Positions 21,692 through 32,974 of a stretch of DNA of 64,000 nt are shown one piece after another. The notes under the pieces were generated by a model. That model saw nothing but the letters and a program-made list of their open reading frames with translations, made no database searches and was not told the origin of the DNA. Source of the DNA: Macrostomum lignano (Eukaryota); NCBI GenBank assembly GCA_002269645.1, contig NIVC01003088.1:56260-120259 (forward strand), given 5' to 3'. Made by a program: the position numbers and the translations under genes. Each line of letters begins with the position of its first letter. Positions within the stretch are counted from its first letter, which is position 1.

Positions 21692-22073
21692 CTGTCCCAT
21701 TCTTTCGGCCAATCTGTCGCTATACAGCAGCAGAGAATCAATGGCCAGCTCGGCAGCTGCCGACTCGCCGGAGTTCGCCTCCTTGCCGCCGCCTCCGCTG
21801 CCGCCAGCCGCCAAGCCAACCAGACAGGCTAGCAGTCCGCTCCTCTGTAGAAACACTTCCGCTGGAAAATCGCGAGCCAGAACGTCTTTAAAAAATCTAG
21901 CCCCAGCTAGAACTGTGGCCACCGAGCGCGATTTCAATGACGTCAATGTTGAATCGAGCACGTGACTATCTGATTCTGTCAGGGCCACCCAGGGCAGGTG
22001 ATTCAATCGATAGACGTTGTCTTCAACAGCAGCGCTGCCTGCTGCGGAAGCAGTTTGCTTTGCTCGACCGTGC
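21692..22073 (-). CDS. RTTN: Rotatin exon with the diagnostic DFPAE motif
   Basis: LPWVALTESDSHVL...KDVLARDFPAEVFLQRS matches RTTN FPWLPLTTADRHVL...KDVIMQDFPAEIFLQRP. Confidence 0.88.
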
Positions 22074-22560
22074 CTACTCACAAGTAGTGAGAATTTTAAA
22101 GTAGAAAAACTATTAGTCCTGTGCAGTAAACAATAATTAGAATAGCAAAAGACCTCTTTCAAAGAAAGCAATTGTCTTCTTCAATGCCAAATACATACCT
22201 AGGTTCCACTTATTACGAAAGCATTTAGACAACTATCAATTAACTGTCGGGATCAATCGTGATTTAGACAACTCCCAGTCCTGATCTAGACAAATATCAA
22301 TCATGGTCTAGACAAATCCAAATCCTAGTCTAGACATCTTCCAATCACGGTCTAGACATCTCCCATTCTTGATTTAATAGACACATCGAATTCCATATCT
22401 AGACATTCCCCAATGATAGTTTAGATTTCTCAAATTTGATGTAAACATGAAAATTTAGTCTATAAAATATATATCTTATGGTATGTACACATAGTTTAGA
22501 TAACGATTGTAGCCTTAAAAACACAGGCTTGTAGCATCATAAAGATATACATGTATTTAC

Positions 22561-22723
22561 CTAATAGCTTCATGATGATCAGCACAGCCAACACTGCTGC
22601 CATCTTGGTCAACCAGCAGCAATGATGCTGGTGGCCCAGCCTCAGCAGTAGCCGATGCTGCAGCTCCACCTCCAGATGAAGATTCAATGCCATCAAAAAA
22701 GCCCAATAGTCCTACAGTTGGTG
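22561..22723 (-). CDS. RTTN: Putative rotatin linker exon, CpG-depleted; acceptor uncertain
   Basis: Phase-2 donor AG|GTAAAT matches the next exon; open frame ...FFDGIESSSGGGAAASATAE...DHHEAIR; in-frame TAA at 22752-54 if a more upstream acceptor is used. Confidence 0.45.
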
Positions 22724-24829
22724 CTGGGCCAACAGGCAGATTTGTAGACATTTAAGCCTGTCTGTGCTTGACTGATGAAAATCTTAATGAGATTGATACT
22801 GCAAAATAGTGTATTTGGATATATTAATAACTAATAATGATGTAATATATATTTCTATATATTTTTTATAATATATTTATATATTATATATATTCAAGAA
22901 ATTGCTTGCCATAAATAATACCTATAAATTTTACCTAATCAATGGAATATTTTTTTTAAATAAATAGTTTTATCTCAAGCCTTTTTGTAACTATATCAGG
23001 TCATTTTGTCAAAAGCCAAAACCAAAACTTAATTTCACAATACTAGGCCTAGGTTGTTTTGCAAAAAGGTTTTGAGCAAGTCGCAATAGATTTATAATGC
23101 TATATATCTAAGAATAGGATTATATCATTCTCACTATAGTGTATTACAGGTGAGTAAGGCATGTTATATGAGGTCTAACATTTGATCTTTTCAATAGACA
23201 TTTCAAAAACTCATTTGATCTTATAAAAACTCTTTGTATAAGAATAAGTATTCCTTTTATGACCTTGACATATTGTTACAATAAATTTCTGCATTTAAGA
23301 CCTATTTTTTACTTCTACATTGTATTATTCTTTGTTAGGCTTACAATGCAAGAATAGATATTAGCAATATATATTGGCATGTGAAATTGTGAGAATACAT
23401 AAAGTATAGCATATACAAATAGACCTACCATTATTATAGACATTTATAAAATTGGCTAGGGTCTATTAAAAAATCAAACTTTTGACTTTTTAGAATATAT
23501 CATTTTTAGTCCTAGAAAAATGTATTTCCCACTCATTCATTTTCATTATTTATACCATTAAGAATGATCACATCTTCAATAAAAATATTTTGTCTGTTTA
23601 ATCAAATTCAACTTAAAGATATAAATAAAAAAGAATAAAATAAAACATTTGTTAAATCAACTTATTTTAAGCAAAAGTTTTTTAGTTCAAATAATTTTTT
23701 TTTATTATGAGTAAAATAACCTGGATTCTTTTTCAACAAAGCTTTTCTCTTCATATAATTAAAATAGTTTTGTTTAGGCTTCAAATATTGAGTATTTGTT
23801 GCTTTAATTTTTTATTTGTTTGTCTTTCTTTCTTCTTTTTATTTTATACAGCTCTTAACAATTTTTTTTCAATTTTTATTAGAGGAAAAATGATTTTAAT
23901 TTTTTTTTACATACAAAACTCTATATGGGCCTATAGAGCAAAAAGTTAAGGAAGAAATCTTTGTTGCTCATGGAGTTCTCAGTTATATCAAAATGTTGTG
24001 TTTTATCATTTAAAATATGAAAAGTCAATATACTTTTTAAATCCAAAAGGGGAAAGCTTTTTGAAGCTTTTTTCTATACTAAATCATAAGACAAATAAAA
24101 TAGAATATGTCTTGAAATCTAAGATACTATTGCTTTTGATGAAATCTGGGCTCAAATTTATAAGGCAAGAGTAACAATTTTGCTATATTAATAATATAAA
24201 ATGCCTTGTCAAATAATCAATTTAATAATGTAAAATTTAAGGCAATATCTATATATGGGTAAAATTAATAAATGTTTTAATTTAGTTTTAAATTTTAAAG
24301 TATAAATATACCATTTAATATTTTATATCTAGACAACTCTTAAGACTAAAATAACACTAAGCCTAGCTATACTATCTATACAAGTAAGTTTTGAATGTTC
24401 CTAAATATAAAATCAGTGATAAAAATTTGATGTCTAAGGCTAAGTCTAACATTGCCCAAAGCTTAGTAACTATATATATTTATGTAACTATCTATCTTTT
24501 TTATTATAATTTAAGACCATTTAAATCAGTTTAGTAGTATAGCCTATGCTAAAGACAATGTTTTAAAGCATTAAAAAAATAAAAACATGCAATTTTTACT
24601 AGTTCCTAACATATATGGTTGCAACTATAAAGGTAGAATAAAAAACTTTGTTTTTTATGCAATTTATAACTCATAGTAAAGCTGAATAAAAAATCTAAAA
24701 AATGATAACACAAAACTTAACAGTCAACAAAAAGTTTATATCTATAACAAAATTCTTAACTTTTATCAAAAAGGTTACATTTCCATCATATATTTAAGTT
24801 TAACTAATTAAGAAAACTTTTTTTTATAC

Positions 24830-26580
24830 AAATGTTAACAACGTTTTAAATGAAGGAGATAATCAACATGTTTTCAATGCCAATGCATTATGTCCACAAT
24901 GGACATTGTCGGGGCTTACTAAATGTATTAAATGAAGTAAAAGTTTTTTGCTCTTATATATTGACTGGAACATTTAACTATTTGATAGTAGTAAAAAATT
25001 AGTACATTACAGTGTACATAAGTTTAGGTAAAAGGCGTGGTACAAATCAAAACAATCCAGTCCAGTTATTGAGCAAGCTAAAAAAGTTGAAGCTGATAGC
25101 TAGCCTCCCCATGGCAAGCTGATTATTAAGAGTAAGTTGTTGGGCTTTGATGTGCATTGTGCATAGCCTCTAATAAGCTAAGTTTGTTATCATTCTGACA
25201 AAATTCTGTAGTCTAAATCTTTTTTTATAGTTTGATATCACAACAGATCTTGCAGGTGAGCAAATGTTCATTAATGGCAGAGTTTTTTAGCTAGTGTTCT
25301 TTAACCTTTGTGTACGGGTGTTGTTTGGTCTTTCCTATATAGGAAATGCTTTGGTTGCCAGAGCAATAAAATTTGTAGACAACACCTGCAGTGAGAGGTT
25401 GGGGCACACTGGGTTTCAGATTGCTCACAAACTTAGCAATCTTTTTGGTGCAAAACACAACACAAATTTCAGCTTTGAGGTTTTTATGGAATAACTTTTC
25501 AATCTTTAAACTCAATAGAGCAAAATCCAACAAAAGTCAAAAGTTAACATAGGAATATCAGGCTCATAGATTTTCAAGCAATAAGGTTCACTTAGCTTTG
25601 TTAAGGTTTACTTAGAAATTTGTTAAGATTCCTAGAAACAAAGTTTTTTGGGTAGCCATTAAGACTAAGCAACCAGATCAGCTATTAAATCTCATTGTGA
25701 AACAGATCTCACGAGCTGCAGATGGAAAATGCATAGTAAAGAAATATAAAGCAGCAGACCAGACCAATTTTTCATTGCATTGGGTAGAGGGAATCAAACC
25801 TCAGCATGAGACTAGTGAAGCTAGGCTTTCTGAACACAGTGGTATTAATAGTTTCACTAGATGCATCCACATTAATGTCAAGGAAAGGGAGCTACTGGAG
25901 CTTTCTGCCTCCTCCTTTAATAGTGAAATTGATATTTGAATGAGTGGAGTTGATGGCTTTATAAAAACTTATCATTCTTAGTTTTGTCTTCAAAGATAGC
26001 AAAAGTATCATCAACAAAACATTTGTAGAAGCTAGGAGCGCATAAAAGGATCATCCAGTTCTTTTCCAACAACAACAACAACAAAATACGCTGTCATGAT
26101 GGTAAAAGTCAGCGTCACAGGGCGCGCTTCATGGCTTGGGCGCGAACAAAGGCCGCGCCACCGGCAGTGTCCGGGGCGCCGGCGTCAGCCAGCAGACAGT
26201 CGACATAACGCCGAGTTCGCGCTTGACCTCGCCGGTAGGGTGCCTGCAGCGTGAGCAGCAGCACCTCCTGCACCGGCTGTGGGCAGTACGACTCGGCGCG
26301 GATGAGATGGCCTGCGAGCTGGAGTCGCCGACGGCGCAGTAGATCACTTGGACGTGGCAGGCCAGCGCGGCGATAGAGTGCCGCGTTGGTGACTCGCTCG
26401 ACGCCGATGTTGAAGGCGGCGCGCAGCAGACCAGCGTGCGCCGCATCGACTTGCTGTTCGAGTGAGTCCGTCAGCGTCCAGGTCTCGGCGTCGGGGCCGG
26501 GTTCTTTTCCCAATGAGCCATGCAGAGATTAGCCAAGGTAGGAGCCAAGGGAGTCAAGGGGACAGTACTTGTCTATTTCA
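24830..26580 (-). mobile_element. Decayed 5'-truncated Penelope-like element (RT + GIY-YIG), interrupted by an RTE fragment
   Basis: SxLAPTLANLCMAHWEK, FYKCFVDDTFAIF, NINFT, VFRKP; GVVYKFYC...YIGKTK...KVKEH; stops and frameshifts. Confidence 0.85.
26068..26500 (-). mobile_element. 5'-truncated RTE fragment (same family as 7351 copy), (TTG)n tail
   Basis: C-terminal ORF remnant near-identical in protein to the 7383 ORF; 10-bp TSD GTTCTTTTCC at 26058-67 and 26501-10. Confidence 0.92.
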
Positions 26581-26692
26581 GCGACATCACAATGACCATT
26601 TTGGCGACAAATATGATAGAAAAATTACAAGTATCTACGGTATAGTGAACTACCCCCCAGCAGGCATTTTGTTGAAACTGTTGAAACATTTT

Positions 26693-29610
26693 TCAGGAAT
26701 GTGGCTCTGCAGGAGGTGTCTATCGTGGCCGGCCCCGGCCTCCAGCGTGAAGAGCTGGGAGCTGGCTGGAGCCTCCTGTACACATCAGCGGACGAGAGAG
26801 GTCATGGAGGAGTAGGAGTGCTGGTCGGGCCAAAGCTGCAACAGAGTGTGTGCTGCCAGAGCCTGTCCCCTCGGCTGCTGCGGATCGACCTGCGGCTGAG
26901 GAGTCGGAGCGCCCACATTTTCTGCGCCTACGCGCCGACAGCTGCCCACCCCGATGAAGCTCGTGTCTTTTTCGAGTTCTTGTCCGGGCAGGTGGAGGCT
27001 GTGGCACAACGGGACACGGTGATCGTGCTCGGTGATCTGAACGCTGTCATGCGCAGGTCAGACCGGGCCCCCTTCGTGACCCCGCGCGAGAATGCCAACA
27101 CCGAGGCGCTGACCGACTTCGTGGCTCGGCATGACATGGTGTCGATGAACACGTGGTTCCGGAAACCCGAGCAGCGGCTGGCAACCTTTGCCGGCTGCAA
27201 GCGGCCGCGGCGCAACAACAACCGCCGCCGGAATGCCACGACGAGGCTGGCGCAGCTGGACCACGTGCTGCTGCACTTTCGAGAGCGTGGCCGTGTGACC
27301 AACTGCGATACCATCATGCCATTGGCGCCGAAGTCCGACCACAAGCTGCTCTTCTGCGACATCAAGCTGAAGGACCCGCTCTACCGGCCGCCCAAGCGGA
27401 AGCCGAAGCACTTCTTCCGGGCTCTGCGTGACGATGCGACCCAGGTTCGCTTCGCCCGCGCGTTTGTGGATGCCCTCGACGGCAAGAAGGAAGCCGACTA
27501 CCCCGAGATCTGCACGGCCGTCCAATCTGCTGCGGAGTGGACCCTACCGTTGGTGAAGCCCCTGCAGAAAGGTCGGCCGGTCTGGGAGGTGGACCCGGAA
27601 GTGCAAAGTGCGAGGCTGAGGCTTGAGCAGCTGCGACGGGCGGGCAGGACTGCGGAGGTGGACGAAGCCGAGGCGGCCCTCGCAGCCGCCTATGAGCAAG
27701 GACAACAGGCCGCCGTAGAAGAGACCATCAGGACGGTGACAACGGCAGGGCACGACGGCAAGCGCCGCGCCGTGTGGAGCGCTGTGAACGCGCTGACCGG
27801 GAGGAAGAGCCGCACGAGCCTCAACCTCCCCGGCGACACGGCGGAGGCCCGCCGGAACGAGCTGCGGGACTTTTTCGGCGCCATCGTGAACGCGCCGCCG
27901 CCGGTGCTGCAGGCGGAGATGCCGCTGCCGCCGGAAGTGGCCCTGCCCAAGGAGGAGGATTTCGACGTCAGCCCCATTACTCTGGACGAGGTGGTGTTGC
28001 AGGCGAAGAAGTCCCCTGGTGGAAGAGCGGCCGGCCCGGATGAGATCCCTGTCGAGGCGCTGCGAGTCCTGCCGGTGGCCCGTGCGGTCGCCGGTGTGAT
28101 GAACCGCGTACTTGACGGGGGTGCAGCCCCAACTGAGTGGACGACGGCCCACATGATCCCCATCCCAAAAAAGCCCGGCACAACTCGGAAAGAAGAACAT
28201 AGGGGCATCTCGCTGATGTCTTGCGCCGCGAAGCTCTTCAACAAGATCCTGCTGACGCGGCTGCAACCGGTGCTGGACCCGTTTCTGCGGCACGAGCAGA
28301 ACGGCTTCCGGCCACACCGGGGCACAGCGACCCAGATCCTTGCCCTCAGGAGGACAATCGAGGAGGCGCGCACCCGCCAGGCGACGCTGATCTGTGTCTT
28401 CGTTGACTTCAGAAAGGCGTTCGACTCGGTGGCGCGCGGCGCCCTTGTGCCGGTGCTCCGGGCTTACCACGTGCCCCAGCCCCAGCGCCTGGTCAGCGCA
28501 GTCATGGCGCTCTACCAGGACACTCAAGCCGCCGTGGTGACGCCCGACGGGCTGTCGGACCCATTCAGTACAACATCTGGAGTGCTGCAGGGCGACACGC
28601 TAGCGCCCTTCTTGTTCGTGCTGGTCCTCGACTGGGTGCTGCGGACTGCGCTTCCATCCGACGCCGACGGCTTCATGCTGTGCAGGCGCACGAGCAGCCG
28701 CCATCCAGAGAAGAGACTGTCGCTGCTGGGCTATGCCGACGACCTGGCGCTGCTGGCCTCCATGGCGGATGGAGCCCAGCGGATGCTGGACAGCCTGGTG
28801 GCGATAGCGGCTACGGTCGGCCTGGTTGTTAACACCGACAAGACGGAGGTCCTGACGGTGCCAGCGGAGCTGCCTGCCAATATCACCTGCCGCGGCGCAG
28901 ACGGTCACGCGGCCCCTCTACCCCGCTGCACGCGCTTCACGTACCTCGGCGGTCTGGTGCCCAGCGTTCAGGAGGACCTGGCGCGACGCAGAGGCCTGGC
29001 TTGGGCGGCCTTCCGCTCAGTCCGGGTTGTTCTGCAGAGCGCCGCGCTGCCAGATCGCCTGAGGTCTCGGCTGTTTCAGGCGGTGGTCGAGACCGTCCTG
29101 ACTTACAACGCCGAGACGTGGACGCTGACCGAGATGCTGGAGAAGCGGCTGGACGCGGCCCACTCCAGCCTGCTGCGCGCGGCCTTTGGCATCTCCTACC
29201 CTGAGGTGGTCTCGAACGCGGCCCTCTACCGACGAGCCGGCCTGCGACCACCCAGCGAGACCATCCGGCGGCGGCGGCTGCAGCTGGCGGGCCACGTGAT
29301 CCGCGCCGAAACCTACTGCCCTGAACTGGTGCAGGACGTCCTGCTGCTCACGCTGCGGGGCCCCTGGCGCCGAGGGCAGGCCAGGACGCGCCGGTACGTG
29401 GACTGCCTGCTGGCTGACGCCGGTGTCATCGGCCAGACCAACGCTGCGGCTGCCTTCAGGGAGCAAGCCAGAAGGAGAGTGCTCTGACACTGCCGCCACA
29501 CTCTCACACTTCCGTTTCTTTTCCCCCTTTTTTTGCTCTTCCGTCCCGTGCTGCCCCCCTTTTCCTTTTGCTTTCTTTTGCGGCGGTGTACATGTATGTA
29601 TGTATGTATG
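26693..29610 (+). mobile_element. 5'-truncated RTE-group element of a second family, (TATG)n tail
   Basis: TSD (TG)AAACATTTT at 26682-92 and 29609-19; starts inside the APE domain at ALQEV. Confidence 0.92.
26701..29487 (+). CDS. APE (N-terminally truncated) + RT ORF remnant, 928 codons open
   Basis: Same motifs as the 7383 ORF; lacks the first APE motif and a true ATG. Confidence 0.85.
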   Translation: MALQEVSIVAGPGLQREELGAGWSLLYTSADERGHGGVGVLVGPKLQQSVCCQSLSPRLLRIDLRLRSRSAHIFCAYAPTAAHPDEARVFFEFLSGQVEAVAQRDTVIVLGDLNAVMRRSDRAPFVTPRENANTEALTDFVARHDMVSMNTWFRKPEQRLATFAGCKRPRRNNNRRRNATTRLAQLDHVLLHFRERGRVTNCDTIMPLAPKSDHKLLFCDIKLKDPLYRPPKRKPKHFFRALRDDATQVRFARAFVDALDGKKEADYPEICTAVQSAAEWTLPLVKPLQKGRPVWEVDPEVQSARLRLEQLRRAGRTAEVDEAEAALAAAYEQGQQAAVEETIRTVTTAGHDGKRRAVWSAVNALTGRKSRTSLNLPGDTAEARRNELRDFFGAIVNAPPPVLQAEMPLPPEVALPKEEDFDVSPITLDEVVLQAKKSPGGRAAGPDEIPVEALRVLPVARAVAGVMNRVLDGGAAPTEWTTAHMIPIPKKPGTTRKEEHRGISLMSCAAKLFNKILLTRLQPVLDPFLRHEQNGFRPHRGTATQILALRRTIEEARTRQATLICVFVDFRKAFDSVARGALVPVLRAYHVPQPQRLVSAVMALYQDTQAAVVTPDGLSDPFSTTSGVLQGDTLAPFLFVLVLDWVLRTALPSDADGFMLCRRTSSRHPEKRLSLLGYADDLALLASMADGAQRMLDSLVAIAATVGLVVNTDKTEVLTVPAELPANITCRGADGHAAPLPRCTRFTYLGGLVPSVQEDLARRRGLAWAAFRSVRVVLQSAALPDRLRSRLFQAVVETVLTYNAETWTLTEMLEKRLDAAHSSLLRAAFGISYPEVVSNAALYRRAGLRPPSETIRRRRLQLAGHVIRAETYCPELVQDVLLLTLRGPWRRGQARTRRYVDCLLADAGVIGQTNAAAAFREQARRRVL

Positions 29611-30209
29611 AAACATTTTGGAAACAAGGCCAGCAGTGCATGCAAGGCAAAAGGCCTTTTTCTGCCTTTGGGCAGAGTACAAAGCTGGCACCAGAACTCT
29701 TAAGGCATTGCTGCTTGTATACAGTGGCATGAATGCCCCTGTGGAAGAGTAAACATCATACATGAATTGTAATTCGAATGGACTAATATATAAAGTCCTC
29801 TACAAGCTTTTTTCTTGTCATTTCTTAAGAACATTAAATTCTTATTATAATTCATTTGTTTTACCATACTTTTAGTGTCCAAGCGTCCATCAGTGTCAAG
29901 GTTTTATACAGTCAATGCATTGATTAGGTTTTACATTAAAATTTGTTTTAACATAGTTTTAACTAAGCTTGTAAAAAGTTTAATATAAAGTTTTACACTA
30001 TAATTCATTTTAACAACATTTAACAAAGGTTGTAAATTTGTGTAAGTTCTGAATTTTTTGTTGCTATGAGATAAGAATACAGTCAAAATCTGATTTGAGA
30101 ATAATCGCCGAAATGGTTGTTGTCAAAATGACCTGTTGTCAAAATGGACTGGATTCAAGGGGATTACCCATGGCATAGCTATAGATGGATGGCTAGACAT
30201 AGCCATAGG

Positions 30210-30535
30210 CTGTGCCCATGGCACATTAAGGCCCAACAACCTACTCTGAACAATCAGCTTGCCATAGGGGATCTAGCCGCATCAGCTTTAACTTTTTTGC
30301 TTGTTCATTAACTAGAATAAACTGTTTTGATTGTACCACACCTTTTAACCAAACTTATGTACTTTGTTATATACTTAATTTTGACTCTTGTCAAATAGTT
30401 TATTCTTCAAGTCAATATAGGCCTATATATAAGAGCAAAAAACTTTCACTTTGTTTAATAAATTTAGTGAGCCTAAACAATGTCCATTGTGGACAAAATG
30501 CATTGGCATTGAAAACATGTTAATCCTTCTTCATT
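30210..30535 (+). mobile_element. Short Penelope 3'-end/pseudo-LTR copy, inverted relative to 24830-25200
   Basis: Begins with GIY-YIG tail (IKAQQPTLNNQLA) and aligns by eye with the reverse complement of 24840-25180. Confidence 0.75.
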
Positions 30536-31366
30536 TCCTTCATTTATTCACTGTTTATCAAGCGAGCTACATTACCTGAATTTAACAACTTTTTCATTAT
30601 TGAACAAAATAATTAAAGTTAGCACTTTTGTTTAAATATTATAATAATATACGTCATAGGCCTAGGCCTAGCCTATCTACTTTTGTTATGAACAAAAATC
30701 AATTCAAAATTTTCAAATTCTCCTTGAAATCTCAAACATTATTAAATTAAAATTGTATTTACAACATAATTAGTTCATAAGAAAGTTTTTTCACCTCTTT
30801 TTTAATTTATTTTGCTTATAACTTTATAGAAATTTATCTTATAACTTCCTTGCAAGTCAATAGTTACAGCAATGAAAAGTATAATTCATCCGATCCTATA
30901 CCTGACCTACACTGCACTTCAATTATATTGCATTGCACTATACACTGTTGCATCGAGATGACGAAAAAGTTCAATAGCTTACATAAAATCAGGCTCAGGC
31001 TCAGGCGTCATCGGGCCGCGCAACATGCTTAGCATAGTTATTTTAGGTTATTTTAAATTTTACACAAAAGTTTTATGAAAATAACAAAAGTAAATAATCA
31101 ACCGTAATTTAAAAAATTAAATCTACAACTACTTTAATTAAAACTATTACCATAGTTATATTTTCTTCCAATTCACTAAAATTGTCAAACAGTTATAACA
31201 AGTAGCATTTCGTGAAGTATAAAAAGAGTGAAGAGTGCGAATCACAATAAAATAAAGCTTTTTAATTCAGATAGTACTTCTAGTGTTAAGCTTTTTCTAC
31301 AAGTCAACGACTGGTAAAAAAATTGTCACGGCAAAAAACAAACAAACGAATCAAGTACGCAACAAA

Positions 31367-32533
31367 ATGTTCGACAAGAAACTTTTTGCCTGCCTTCTTG
31401 TTTCATTTAATGTTTTGTTTTGTATATCCATGATACATCTCACAACGGACTACTTCTATCAATTCGGAAAATTTACAAATGGTATTATTTTTATCAATCA
31501 GCTAGAGCGAAGCAAACACCGTGTGACACAACTCGATCCTGAACTTATTGAGAAAAAATCTTCCGATTTTAGCTACGGACACGCTGAAGTCTTGCACTTG
31601 CAGAACAGCTCCATGTACTTCGTCCATACACGCGAACGTATGCCTCTTATGCGACGAGAGAATCGCGAGCTTGACCAAAACTATCGAACGCGTATTGGGA
31701 GAGACTGGATGCGCACCAAAACTGCCGTATTTGTCGCGTCAGTGCGAAACGCCAAGGAGCGCTTGCAGAAAAACGTCGTGGAGTTGCAAAGATTGGGCAA
31801 GCTCTTCAAAGACTACTGGATGATTTTCGTTGAGAATGACTCGAACGATGGCACCCGAGAGTTTCTTCACGACGTGCGTCGGAAACACAATCAGACGGTG
31901 ATTCTCGGATGCACGCCAATAAACTCAAGAGCCCCGTGCAAAATTAACATCACATACAGGTCCGGGAAGGTGCACAGACCCGGCTGGGGACAGCAGCGTA
32001 CGGAAGAAGAACTCGTTGATCGCGGCATCACAATGAGTGTCCTCAGAAATATGTACCTGAACTACATTTACGACAATTTGGCAGATAAAGTTGATCTGAT
32101 GATTTCAGTTGATCCAGATCTGGAGTGGGATCCATGGAGCTTGGACAACATTGCTCAGGGAATTTACTACTTCAGTGCCAAGCCCAAACTGGACGTACTC
32201 TGCGCCAACAGCCGCTTTTCAAATGTACTCTACGATCCCTGTGCTCGCACCTATTTCAGCAAGAAGCGGTTCTGCAGCGTTACCGAAGACGATCGCAGCA
32301 TCATCACGGATGAAATTGCTATAAACCGGAACAGCATTCCAGTCAAAGTGGAGTCCTGCTACCAAGCCTTCGCTGTCTACAGAGTGAGCAGCCTAGCGAA
32401 AGACCGGCTGCATCATTATCCAGCACCTGCTGAGCGGAGCTGCGAGCACAACACCCTGGCTAGACGTCTGCGAGAGATCTACATCGATCCTGGCATGCGG
32501 CTCGTCATCAAAGCGATGTTCGATCATACCTGA
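31367..32533 (+). CDS. Type II membrane GT-A glycosyltransferase, CAP59/GT69-like, intronless, 388 aa (copy 1)
   Basis: N-terminal TM segment; FVASVRN, FVENDSNDGT, RxxxMSVLRNMYL, DPD (DxD), YDP, VESC, CEH; first ATG at 31367. Confidence 0.7.
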   Translation: MFDKKLFACLLVSFNVLFCISMIHLTTDYFYQFGKFTNGIIFINQLERSKHRVTQLDPELIEKKSSDFSYGHAEVLHLQNSSMYFVHTRERMPLMRRENRELDQNYRTRIGRDWMRTKTAVFVASVRNAKERLQKNVVELQRLGKLFKDYWMIFVENDSNDGTREFLHDVRRKHNQTVILGCTPINSRAPCKINITYRSGKVHRPGWGQQRTEEELVDRGITMSVLRNMYLNYIYDNLADKVDLMISVDPDLEWDPWSLDNIAQGIYYFSAKPKLDVLCANSRFSNVLYDPCARTYFSKKRFCSVTEDDRSIITDEIAINRNSIPVKVESCYQAFAVYRVSSLAKDRLHHYPAPAERSCEHNTLARRLREIYIDPGMRLVIKAMFDHT

Positions 32534-32974
32534 ATGGTTCATTAATAGCTACAGATTGAGTCTAATTTATGCTACTAAAACTGGAGGTGAAGGGAGTAAT
32601 AAAAGTAGTAAACGACAAAAAAGTAATTTTCTTGCGAAAGACTAAAAATACAAAAAAATATGATACCTACAGTGTATTGCATGTGAGCACCTGCATGCAT
32701 GGATGGTAAACAGGTTGCAAAAATAAGGTTAAACTCGCTCGATCGGGCGACCTTGTTTTGTAAGTATTTTGCATCGATCCTTTGTGCTGCATATCCATAA
32801 AGAAAACAGATGCTATAGAAGAAAACAGCTGTTGCTCACTCATAAGCATATTTTGTCCAGACTGATCATATGCCGGATAAGCTTATATTAGTGTTGACTC
32901 TGCGAAGTATTGCATGAGCTTGTGAAATGAGATCTAGATTGATATGCACGTGCTACTGATAGGCTCCTGCTAAC

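Noticed and set aside
26068-29610. Twin-priming 5' inversion of a single LINE
   Set aside because: The two arms are different families with separate tails and separate TSDs
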